A stretch of 64,000 nt of DNA from Pecten maximus (Eukaryota). Each line of letters begins with the position of its first letter. Positions within the stretch are counted from its first letter, which is position 1. The stretch is taken from the NCBI RefSeq assembly GCF_902652985.1, contig NC_047016.1, positions 1,488,001-1,552,000 on the forward strand, given 5' to 3'. The position numbers and the translations under genes are program-made. Shown one piece after another: positions 39,273-50,068 of this stretch. Below the pieces are notes generated by a model that did not search any database, was not told the DNA's origin, and saw nothing but the letters and a program-made list of their open reading frames with translations.

Positions 39273-39446
39273 TTATTGTGGTCTAGATGTCGTTGACATA
39301 TTTCAACTGCTAGGAAGCTGTCATCAAGATGATTTATACAAATTCCATATGCCCTGAAGTACACTTTTGCAGTTCAAGATTGGTTAATGTCGTCCTCATA
39401 ACGGCCTTGTGGTTGAAACACGTCAACGACATCTAGACCACAATAA
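39273..39446. mobile_element. Inverted-repeat remnant, possibly a Penelope-like pLTR pair
   Basis: ~35-bp near-perfect inverted arms TTATTGTGGTCTAGATGTCGTTGAC..TTTCAAC, each with a degenerate (C/T)TGATGA..GAAA motif. Confidence 0.45.
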
Positions 39447-40052
39447 GAAAACATTATGTTCATTACATAGGTAGAATCTCTACTTTATACCACAAGGTAC
39501 TATCCAAGAAGATTATGGCCATTGGAGACAATAGGAGTGTTGGTTCTCCTGCCATTGGTAGTTTCTATAATGGTACACTGACTTTTAGTAAAACTTTTAG
39601 TATTGTTTGATTCAAATATATATCACAATTGCCTGATAATTTGAGATGAAAGTTGCACTTTGAAATATTTCATTGTTATCATTTTATTATTTCTTTTTTT
39701 ACAAATTTTTAAATAACAACATTACATCTAATCAATAAATTTTAGCTAAGATTGCACTGTAAATTATATGTCATTTTTACTTTCTATCTCTTTTTATTTT
39801 AAAGGTGAAGTCAACTTAATTGAAGCAACATCCATGAAATATGATATCAAAGTGCCAGAGTGAAGCAGTATACTTCCATATCACCACATTTCAATGAATG
39901 TTACCAGCCTCAGTCATCAGTGATAACTGTACTGTAACAAATTCTCCTAGTGAAACATCTACAGAAAATAGAAAGCTTGTTTAACATAAATGTGGATTTG
40001 CTGATTGAGAATCTGATCAATTAAGGAGTATATAGTACCTGACATATAAAAT

Positions 40053-42880
40053 ATGGCGGACAATAGAGAAGATGATGAACTCAGTATACCAAGAGCAGCA
40101 CTGAATAAGATGATCAAAGAACTGATACCAAACATACGGGTAGCAAATGATGCAAGGGAGTTAATTCTCAACTGCTGTACAGAATTTATCCACCTTGTAT
40201 CTTCAGAGGCAAATGACATTTGTAATAAACAACAAAAGAAGACAATATCTCCAGAACATGTATTAGCAGGTAAATGTTAACCTTTTTTAATTGAAAGGGG
40301 TTACGGGTATCCATATTCATCAAATCTCGCACTCTATTGTTCTAGATCTGTTGAGGTAGAAACAGTTTAACAAAAATGTCACTTTAAAGAATATTAACCC
40401 CTGTTTGCACTAATTTTAGAAAATATCTTCTATGCAATGATTTATGATGCTTCAAACAAAGAGTACAGTACACGGAATATGTGACTTAAAAATCAAATAT
40501 ACAGATATGAAAAAGTGAGACTTGGTAATCATAGTTCATAATAGATTAATTTGATCATAAGCAATGAAAAGTAAATTTGACTCTAGGTTATTATGTATAT
40601 ACCAGGTAAACATATATTATACTTATAGTGACTAGGATGATACTGTAAGATGTATTATGATGGTTGAAATCCTTGGACAGCCTCGGCTTCAGTGGACTTG
40701 TGTATAAACATATAATTTATATTATAGTGACTAGCTATATAGGATGATACTGATATTATAATTGTTTACAGCCTTGGACAGCCTCGGCTTCAGTGGACTT
40801 GTGTATAAACATGTATTATAGTGACTAGGATGATACTGTAAGATATGATGGTTTACAGCCTTGGACAGCCTCGGCTTCAGTGGACTTGTGTATAAACATG
40901 TATTATAGTGACTAGGATGATACTGATATTATAATAGTTTACAGCTTTGGACAGCCTCGGCTTCAGTGGACTTGTGTATAAACATGTACATGTATTATAG
41001 TGACTAGGATGATACTGATATTATGATGGTTTACAGCTTGGACAGCCTCGGCTTCAGTGGACTTGTGTATAAACATGTATTATAGTGACTAGGATGATAC
41101 TGATATTATGATGGTTTACAGCTTGGACAGCCTCGGCTTCAGTGGACTTGTGTATAAACATGTATTATAGTGACTAGGATGATACTGATATTATGATGGT
41201 TTACAGCCTTGGACAGTCTCGGCTTCAGTAGACTTGTGTATAAACATGTATTATAGTGACTAGGATGATACTGATATTATGATGGTTCACAGCCTTGGAC
41301 AGTCTCGGCTTCAGTAGACTTGTGTATAAACATGTATTATAGTGACTAGGATGATACTGATATTATGATGGTTTACAGCCTTGGACAGCCTCGGCTTCAG
41401 TGGACTTGTGTATAAACATGTATTATAGTGACTAGGATGATACTGATATTATGATGGTTTACAGCCTTGGACAGCCTCGGCTTCAGTGGACTTGTGTATA
41501 AACATGTATTATAGTGACTAGGATGATACTGATATTATGATGGTTTCCAGCCTTGGACAGCCTCGGCTTCAGTGGACTTGTGTATAAACATGTATTATAG
41601 TGACTAGGATGATACTGATATTATGATGGTTGACAGCCTTGGACAGTCTCGGCTTCAGTGGATACAAGGAGGATGCTGTAGCTGTTCTAGAAGAGGCTAA
41701 AGCTGTTGCTGCAAAGAAACGTAAGGGAAGTTCCCGTTTGGAGAACCTTGGAATCCCAGAGGAAGAACTATTACGTCAACAACAAGAGTTATTTGCCAGA
41801 GTAAGTGACCATTAACTTCCAGTATACTGTAAACGTGGAAATTCACGTGAGGGGGAAATTTATGCCAATTGATCGGATCCGTTTTGATTGCGAAAATTTC
41901 TCCCACGTGTATTATTTTGATGTTAATTTGATTAACTCGAACTACAAACAAAGGTGGGTCAATCGTGAAAATTACCCCTGTGCGTATAGCTTACGTATCA
42001 AAATTGTGAAATTAAACCCCCGCGAAAATAACCACATTTACCGTAGGTATTGTATTGTTTAACAAATACATATTACAAGCAATAATGTTTAAAATCAACT
42101 TATTAAGTCTGATGAGTTTCATTGACTTTGAAATGATTATATCAAAACATTTTAAGTAGTTTAATAGGAAAGTTGTAAGACACATCTGTTATCCATTATT
42201 ATTATTTAATTATTGATCTGTATCTTTATATAATGATGTTGGTTTCATACAGGTAGATTATATAATGGTATCGCCCTGTGTGGTAGATTGTTAGCTCACC
42301 TGGCCTGCAGACTTTTCACATTTCAATGGCAGCCATCTTGAAAAACACATTTTAAACTTCTTCTCCTGTTACACTGATGCCATTGAGCTGGAAATCGGTT
42401 AGATGTTAAGCAAGTGGAGCCAACAAAGTGTTATTATTTTTTGGCCTGGGTAAAATTTTGACATGGCAGCCACAGCGGCCATTTTGTAACATGATTGTGC
42501 AAGCATGGTCTTCCTTAACATCACCGATGGGATTGAGCTGAAACTTGTCTGGAATGATCCTGAGGTGGTCCTTCCCAAGTATTGTTATTTTTCGAGTCGG
42601 TATGAAATTGAAGATGGCCAACATAGCAGTCATCTTGAAAAACACATTTTAAACTGGTGGCCAATTTGTAACATGATTGTGTAATCATGGTTTCCTGAAC
42701 AACACCTATTTCAATACAAGTATACTGTGTAAATGTATTGTGTTTCCTTATTAGGCACGACAGGAACAAGCTCAACTAGAACAACAACAATGGATACAGA
42801 TGCAACAGGCATTACAACAACAACAACAACAACAGCAGCAGCAACAACAACAACATGACGGTGATGATGATTACTCATAG
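40053..42880 (+). CDS. DR1: Protein Dr1 / NC2-beta, histone-fold TBP-associated repressor, 168 aa
   Basis: Exons 40053-40269, 41637-41800 and 42755-42880. DDELSIPRAALNKMIKELIPNIRVANDARELILNCCTEFIHLVSSEANDIC and RLENLGIPEEELLRQQQELFA are characteristic DR1 sequences, followed by a Q-rich tail. Confidence 0.96.
40600..41660 (+). repeat. 86-bp minisatellite built from the DR1 exon 2 acceptor junction
   Basis: About 12 units ...GATGGTTTACAG|CCTTGGACAGCCTCGGCTTCAGTGGA...; the last unit is the real exon start at 41637. Confidence 0.95.
41827..42043. mobile_element. TA-flanked MITE in DR1 intron 2
   Basis: TA|CTGTAAACGTGG ... CCACATTTACCG|TA imperfect TIRs with internal CGCGAAAAT-type motifs. Confidence 0.55.
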
Positions 42881-43598
42881 CAGTGACCACATTGATAAGG
42901 ACAGATGTAGCCACACAGGGAAAACAACATCCGACGCCCCCTAAATGTTACAGAAAATTAAACAGGACATCCACTGTTATACTGATTCAGGAGAAAGTGT
43001 GTAAATGATAAAGCTCAAAGACGATGAAGAGATTCTCAGGATATGTGATTGATATACTGTTCAACTCAAGCTTCTAAAAAGACTGACATAAAATCAGAAA
43101 TGTGAATTTCATTTTAATAGAAAGATTGTAATATTAAAGCTACACAAAAGATACCCAACTTTATATCAGCGTGAAATTGAAAATTTTTAATCCATTAGAG
43201 TTGTATTTACACACCTGTAACTTTGTCAGTGAGAATTTCTAGTACAGACTGGTTTATTAGCTCACCAGGCTCAAAGGGTCAAGTGTCACCAGGTCCAAAG
43301 GGTCAAGTGTCACCAGGCCCAAAGGGTCAAGTGAGCTTATGTCATGAAGCAGCATTTATCGTCTGTCCGTTGTCCGTTGTCCGTCATCCGAACTTCATAT
43401 TTAAGGTCACAGGTGTCTTATTCCTTCAATCATTTCAATGACTTCTCATCATTCAAGAGTCCTGATATATAGCTGATAGGTTCCCTTTGTGAGGCCCAAC
43501 AACTTTTGCGAAAAGAAATTATGGTTTGTACAGACCTTGAAAAGTGCTTTAATTTCAGGTCTTACAGTGTTTGAAAGTCCTGAAATTTTCATATTTTT

Positions 43599-45518
43599 AG
43601 GTCATCTGACCCAAAGGGTCAGGATGACCTATAGTCATCGTGTTTCGTCCGTCGTCGTCCGCCGTGCGCCGTGCGCCGTCCGTAAACTTTTTCTTTCAAA
43701 ACGCTACTCCTCCTTAACGCTTGGGTGGATTACTTCCAAATTTGGTTTGAAGCATCATTGGGGGAGGGCAATCATATTTTATATAAATGAGGCTGGTCTG
43801 ACCCCTGGGGCCAGAAGGGCGGGGCGCCAAAAAGGGAACTTAGGTGAATATTGCTATAAAATCCTACTCCTCCTTTACCCTTGGGCGGATTACAACTAAA
43901 TTTGGTTTGAAACATCATTGGGGGAGGGCGGTCATATTTTATATAAATGAGGCTGGTGTGAGCCCTGGGGCCTGAGGGGCGGGGCCCCAAAAGGGGAACT
44001 TTGATGAAATTTTGCTATAAAATCCTACTCCTCCTTAACCCTTTGGTGGATTTCAACCAGATATTGTGTGAAACATCATTTGGGGAGGGTGATCATATTT
44101 TATATAAATGAGGCTGGTGTGACCCCTAGGGCCTGAGGGGCGGGGCCCCAAATGGGGAACTTTGATGAAATTTTGCTTTAAAATCCTACTCCTCCTTAAC
44201 CCTTTAGTGGATTTCAACCAGATATGTTGTGAAACATCATTTGGGGAGGGCGGTCATATATTTTATATAAATGAGGCTAGTGTGACCCCTGGGGCCTGAG
44301 GGGCGGGGCCCCAAAAGGGCAACTTTGATGAAATTTTGCTTTAAAATACTACTCCTCCAAAACCCAAAAGTAGATTATTACAAAATTTGGTGTGGAACAT
44401 CGTTAGAGGAGGACAATCATGTTTTATATAGATGAGGCTGGTCTGACCCCTGGGGCCAGAGGGGCCGGGCCCCAAATAGGGAACTTTCGTGGATATTTGC
44501 TATAAAATCCTACTCCTCCTTTACCCTTTGGTGGATTACAACTAAATTTGGTGTGAAACATCATTGGGGGAGGGTGGTCATATTTTATATAAATGAGGCT
44601 GGTGTGAGCCCTGGGGCCAGAGTGACGGGCCCAAAAAAGGGAACTTTGATGAAATTTTGCTATAAAATCCTACTCGTCCTTAACCCTTTGGTGGATTTCA
44701 ACCAGATATTGTGTGAAACATCATTGGGGGAGGGTGGTCATATTTTATATAAATGAGGCTGGTGTGGCCCCTGGGGCCAGAGGGGCGGGGCCCCAAAAGG
44801 GGAACTTTGATGAAATTTTGCTTTAAAATACTACTCCTCCTAACCCCCATAGTGAATTATTACCAAATTTGGTGTGAAACATCATTGGAGGAGGACAATC
44901 ATATCTTATATAAATGAGGCTGGTTTGACCCCTAGGGCCAGAGGGGCGGGGCCCAAAAAGGTGAACTTTGGTGAATTTTTGCTATAAATCCTACTTCTCT
45001 CTAACCCTTGGGTGGATTAATACGAAATATGGTGTAAAACATCCTTTGGGAAGGGTGGTCATATTTTATATAAACGAGGCTAGTGTGACCCCTGGGGCCT
45101 GAGGGGCAGGGCCCCAAAAGGGTGGTGAATATTTGCTGTTAAATCCTAATCCTCCCTAACCTTTTGGTGGATTACAACCTAATTTGATGTGAAACATAAG
45201 GTGACGGCAATCATATTTTTTAATGAGACAGGTTTGACCCATGGGGAAAAAAAGATGGGGCAAAAGGAGCGCTTAGGTTAAACATTTCATAAAAATGCAA
45301 TTCCTCCTTAATGCCTTAATTGATTACAACCATATTTAGTATGAAACATCATTGGGGAAAGGCAATCCTAATTGTTATAAATGAGTCTTTTCTGACCCAT
45401 TGGGACAGAGGGGCATGCCCCAAAAATGGGAACTTGGCTAAAATTTTGCTTTATGATGCTGCTCTTCCTGGACAAGCTAAATGGATAAAAACCAAATTTG
45501 ATCCAAAACATAACTGGC
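43599..45518 (+). mobile_element. Helentron-type element with ~161-bp tandem array, 3'-truncated
   Basis: Begins in a T-run with the hairpin AGGTCATCTGACCCAAAGGGTCAGGATGACCT and a CGTC-rich tract, then ~11 copies of a 161-bp unit (ATCCTACTCCTCC...GAGGGGCGGGGCCCCAAAAGGGG). No 3' terminus is visible. Confidence 0.72.
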
Positions 45519-46204
45519 CATATTACAAGCAATAATGTTTAAAATCAACTTATTAAGTCTGATGAGTTTCCTTGACTTTGAAATGATTATATCAAAACAT
45601 TTTAAGTAGTTTAATAGGAAAGTTGTAAGACACATCTGTTATCCATTATTATTATTTAATTATTGATCTGTATCTTTATATAATGATGTTGGTTTCATAC
45701 AGGTAGATTATATAATGGTATCGCCCTGTGTGGTAGATTGTTAGCTCACCTGGCCTGCAGACTTTTCACATTTCAATGGCAGCCATCTTGAAAAACACAT
45801 TTTAAACTTCTTCTCCTGTTACACTGATGCCATTGAGCTGGAAATCGGTTAGATGTTTAGCAAGTGGAGCCAACAAAGTGTTATTATTTCTTGGCCTGGG
45901 TAAAATTTTGACATGGCAGCCACAGCGGCCATTTTGTAACATGATTGTGCAATCATGGTCTTCCTTAACATCACCGATGGGATTGAGCTGAAACTTGTCT
46001 GGAATGATCCTGAGGTGGTCCTTCCCAAGTATTGTTATTTTTCGAGTCGGTATGAAATTGAAGATGGCCAACATAGCAGTCATCTTGAAAAACACATTTT
46101 AAACTGGTGGCCATTTTGAAACATGATTGTGCAATCATGGTTTCCTGAACAACACCTATTTCAATACAAGTATATTGTGTAAATGTATTGTGTTTCCTTA
46201 TTAG

Positions 46205-46333
46205 GCACGACAGGAACAAGCTCAACTAGAACAACAACAATGGATACAGATGCAACAGGCATTACAACAACAACAACAACAACAACAGCAGCAGCAACAA
46301 CAACAACATGACGGTGATGATGATTACTCATAG
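46205..46333 (+). CDS. DR1: Second copy of the DR1 terminal exon (14 Q versus 13 Q) inside a 1.5-kb duplication
   Basis: Same acceptor and intact frame to TAG, with one extra CAA codon. It may be an alternative last exon or an uncollapsed allele. Confidence 0.5.
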   Translation, partial: ARQEQAQLEQQQWIQMQQALQQQQQQQQQQQQQQHDGDDDYS

Positions 46334-46709
46334 CAGTGACCACATTGATAAGGACAGATCTAGCCACACAGGGAAAACAACATCCGACGCCCCCTAAATG
46401 TTACAGAAAATTAAACAGGACATCCACTGTTATACTGATTCAGGAGAAAGTGTGTAAATGATAAAGCTCAAAGACGATGAAGAGATTCTCAGGATATGTG
46501 ATTGATATACTGTTCGACTCAAGCTTCTAAAAAGACTGACATAAAATCAGAAATGTGAATTTCATTTTAATAGAAAGATTGTAATATTAAAGCTACACAA
46601 AAGATACCCAACTTTATATCAGCGTGAAATTGAAAATTTTTAATCCATTAGAGTTGTATTTACACACCTGTAACTTTGTCAGTGAGAATTTCTAGTACAG
46701 ACTGGTTTA

Positions 46710-48378
46710 TTAGCTCACCAGGCTCAAAGGGTCAAGTGTCACCAGGTCCAAAGGGTCAAGTGTCACCAGGCCCAAAGGGTCAAGTGAGCTTATGTCATGA
46801 AGCAGCATTTATCGTCTGTCCGTTGTCCGTTGTCCGTCATCCGAACTTCATATTTAAGGTCACAGGTGTCTTATTCCTTCAATCATTTCAATGACTTCTC
46901 ATCATTCAAGAGTCCTGATATATAGCTGATAGGTTCCCTTTGTGAGGCCCAACAACTTTTGCGAAAAGAAATTATGGTTTGTACAGACCTTGAAAAGTGC
47001 TTTAATTTCAGGTCTTACAGTGTTTGAAAGTCCTGAAATTTTCATATTTTTTTTTAAGTCCTTGAAAAGTGCTTGAATTGTCATTTTTTTGTACTTTAGT
47101 TTTACTGAAAGTGCTTGATTTTTGTGTGTTACAGAATCAGTAAGAAAAATCCAGGATGTTTTAATCTATATTGATTTATTAATGTAACTGTCAATCTTAT
47201 CCATTTAGTAACCTATTTAAAACAAAGTGCAGTCTTTTGAGCACTTTACTTACACAACATAATTATATACTGTATTCAAGCATCTAGGAGATCTAGGCAG
47301 CATGTGTTACAAAGAGAAAGTAGGTTGCTTGATGGAGCCTCCTAGATATAGTTATAACTACAAATGGAAACAGAATTACCAATGCATGGGAAAAGGCTGT
47401 CTCTGGGGAATATGACATATACAGCTTGGTGTGTGAAAGGATATAGAAATGGGTATACCAAGGTAATTAGTGGCAGTCGGAGAAACAGATAATGTGAAAA
47501 TGTTCATCATACAAGTATAACAATGAAAGGTCGGAAAGCTTAATATCCCATCACAACAAAGAGCATACAAACAAATTCTACCAATATTATACAAGCCATT
47601 CTAGAATCTCCATTTCTTTACTATGTGGAAGTGAAACATCCTCATTTAAGTTTTGTAGACGATGCAAGCAGTAACAAATCACTTGTCCTATACATTCAAT
47701 GTATATTATTCCCAGGTCTTTATATAGCTACAGCTGTACATGTTTTTGAACAGTGTTATACCTTGGGGGGAAAGACAGTATGCAGTTGCATATTTAGCAT
47801 TGCAGAACATATCAAAGATATGTTGTCTAAATAGATATACACTTATTATGTAATCACTTCATTTTATTTGATGAATTCTAAAGCCAAAGAAACATATTTC
47901 AATGCAGATTCTGGGACAACAGTAATAAAATATTCATGGTAATATTCTGATATTTTACACATTAAAGATAAAAAGAGAACTCATTTCACTACAAGTTTGG
48001 CAAAAAAAAAAGGTACAAGGAAAATTGACAAAAGTGCTTCAATTTTAGTATGAAAAATCTGTACGAACCATGGAAATGACCTTGACTATATTAAAGATCA
48101 CAGGTGTCAAACTGCTCCAAACATTTTAATGACTTCTTATCACTATCCAAGACTCAAAGAGTCAAAATATTTGGGTAATAGGTTCCTTGGATGAGGCCCA
48201 ACAAAGTTTGCAAAAAGAAATAACATTGAACTGTATATTCAAGGTCACAGATGTCATATTGTTCAATCATATGAAGGACTTCTTCTGATTTCCTGAAAGG
48301 CCTAGAATTAATGGCAGAGAATCATCAAACAATTAAGTTAATACCAGGTGAGCGACACAGGCCCATTGTACCTCTTGT
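46710..48378 (+). mobile_element. Helentron-type (HINE) element, host of the 46973-48072 insertion; 5' part duplicated at ~43257-43519
   Basis: 5' TTAGCTCACCAGGC...GTGAGCT with a CGT/GTCC tract; 3' CAGGTGAGCGACACAGGCCCATTGTACCTCTTGT. Confidence 0.65.
46973..48072. mobile_element. Non-autonomous TIR element with 5-bp TSD (hAT5-like), nested in a Helentron-type element
   Basis: TIRs TATGGTTTGTACAGA / TCTGTACGAACCATG, GAAAT on both sides, and subterminal TTGAAAAGTGCTT/AAGTCC motifs. Its left end is also present at 43520-43598. Confidence 0.7.
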
Positions 48379-50068
48379 TGTATAAAGCATCAAACATATT
48401 GTATATCATTATCATCAGTAAAATCTACATTACTCATTACAGCTGTGTTTATTTTGTATTTTCCTAGAAATTCAAACATTTTTTCTTCCATATTCTAAAA
48501 TAATTGAATTTCCTGTTTGAATGGATTCTGTCCTGTAAGTCTGACTACCACCTTTCTGTGGCAGTGATTTTGCAAAATTTGATATTTGTCTTGTACTGCA
48601 TCAAAGTCAACACATGTCTATATACAGGCGGGTGCTTCCATCATATCCAGTGTTTTTGGTTGTTTTTAGAAAACACTGAAGTTTTTGTGATTTTTGGAGT
48701 TTACTATACTGACAAAGCGGAACAGGTGAGACATGTAATTTTGTGTAATTCTTATATATACATCAATGTAGTTTAAAATTTTCTCTTAGTTTTAAAACTT
48801 CACAGTTCACAGAGGTCAAATTTGTTAAAACATTCAAGAATTATTTTCCCATCTTAAAGAAGCTAAGACACATGCAGATTATTGATAGTTTTCCAGCAAA
48901 ATTGTACCTAAGAATGGAGTGCTTTAAAGTTTCCTCATATAAGTGACCTTGAGCTAAAGGTAATTGAGGCCATATACCTAAAAACATTTTTTTCAAGTTT
49001 TATAAGTGGGTACTGATATTTGGCCAGTAGATACATGAAACATAGTGCTGTAAATTCTCATTTGTATATCACAGGAATTAAGATAAATTTTGTTAAGTAT
49101 TCCAATGACTCTTAGTATAGAATCAGCATGAAGACTTCATATACTATACAGGATATCAGTTAGCTGCATTCTTTCTTTTGCTTACATGACTTTCAGCCAT
49201 TTCCATGTTATAACTGATTAATCAAAAGTACCAATTATTAAAACACTAGAGGTAATTTTTGGTTTGTTAAAATCAACTAACTGACAATTAAGCATCAATG
49301 TGGCACTCATTCACCAATGTGCTGGTGAAGCACTAACACCACTGTTAGAAAGGATATGTACCATTTCCTGAAACATCGCTAACATATTATTCTTTGGTTA
49401 ACATCAAAATCCCTCCAACTGATGTCAGTCAGGTATGTTTGGTGTAACCAGAGACTATATATGTCTCTGGTCTAACCCTCCTGACTGGGTGTGGGAATAC
49501 CTGAGATCCCTGCCTGGCCCATCGATTCAGTTTCCCCTTTTGGGTTTCCTTCTGTAATAATACTATTGATACTCCCAACAAAATTGGAATATACCTCAGG
49601 TGTCAGAATAAACTAGGATCTCCTGTAACTCTTCGAAGTGAAAATTAAAATCACTGGTGGAGACTCAAATCTAGGATATCACTGACAAATCTGTCCTGGA
49701 GTTGGCCCAGATTTGTTAAATTTATTATATTTTATCTATGAAATAAGGAGGTTGACGTTGCAATCTGCTTTCACTTATGCCTTTTGGCTCTATATCAGGA
49801 CAGACGTAAATATATAATATTATGTATACGTCCCTAACTGATAGAAAGGTCCCTTTAACAATTAATGTAAAGTTCATTAGTACACTATTCTTATCCTGTT
49901 ACTTGGACCAGGGTGTAGACAAAGACTGATTGGTTTAATTAATTATTCAGGACATGGGCATATTGATAAAGTACGGGCACATGCAGCTTTAAAAAATAAA
50001 TTAGAATCGCACTCCGTTTCATGCAAACGCTTCACTGACACTGATCGGGCACCTAGCAAACTAGCAAA

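Larger units (their letters stand above)
42069..47051 (+). repeat. ~1.53-kb direct duplication (42069-43598 and 45519-47051) containing the DR1 last exon
   Basis: Offset 3450-3453 bp; about 10 substitutions plus one CAA indel seen by eye. Confidence 0.92.

Noticed and set aside
49441-49845. Short palindromes upstream of GCLM
   Set aside because: They are too short to assign as elements or regulatory sites from sequence alone.
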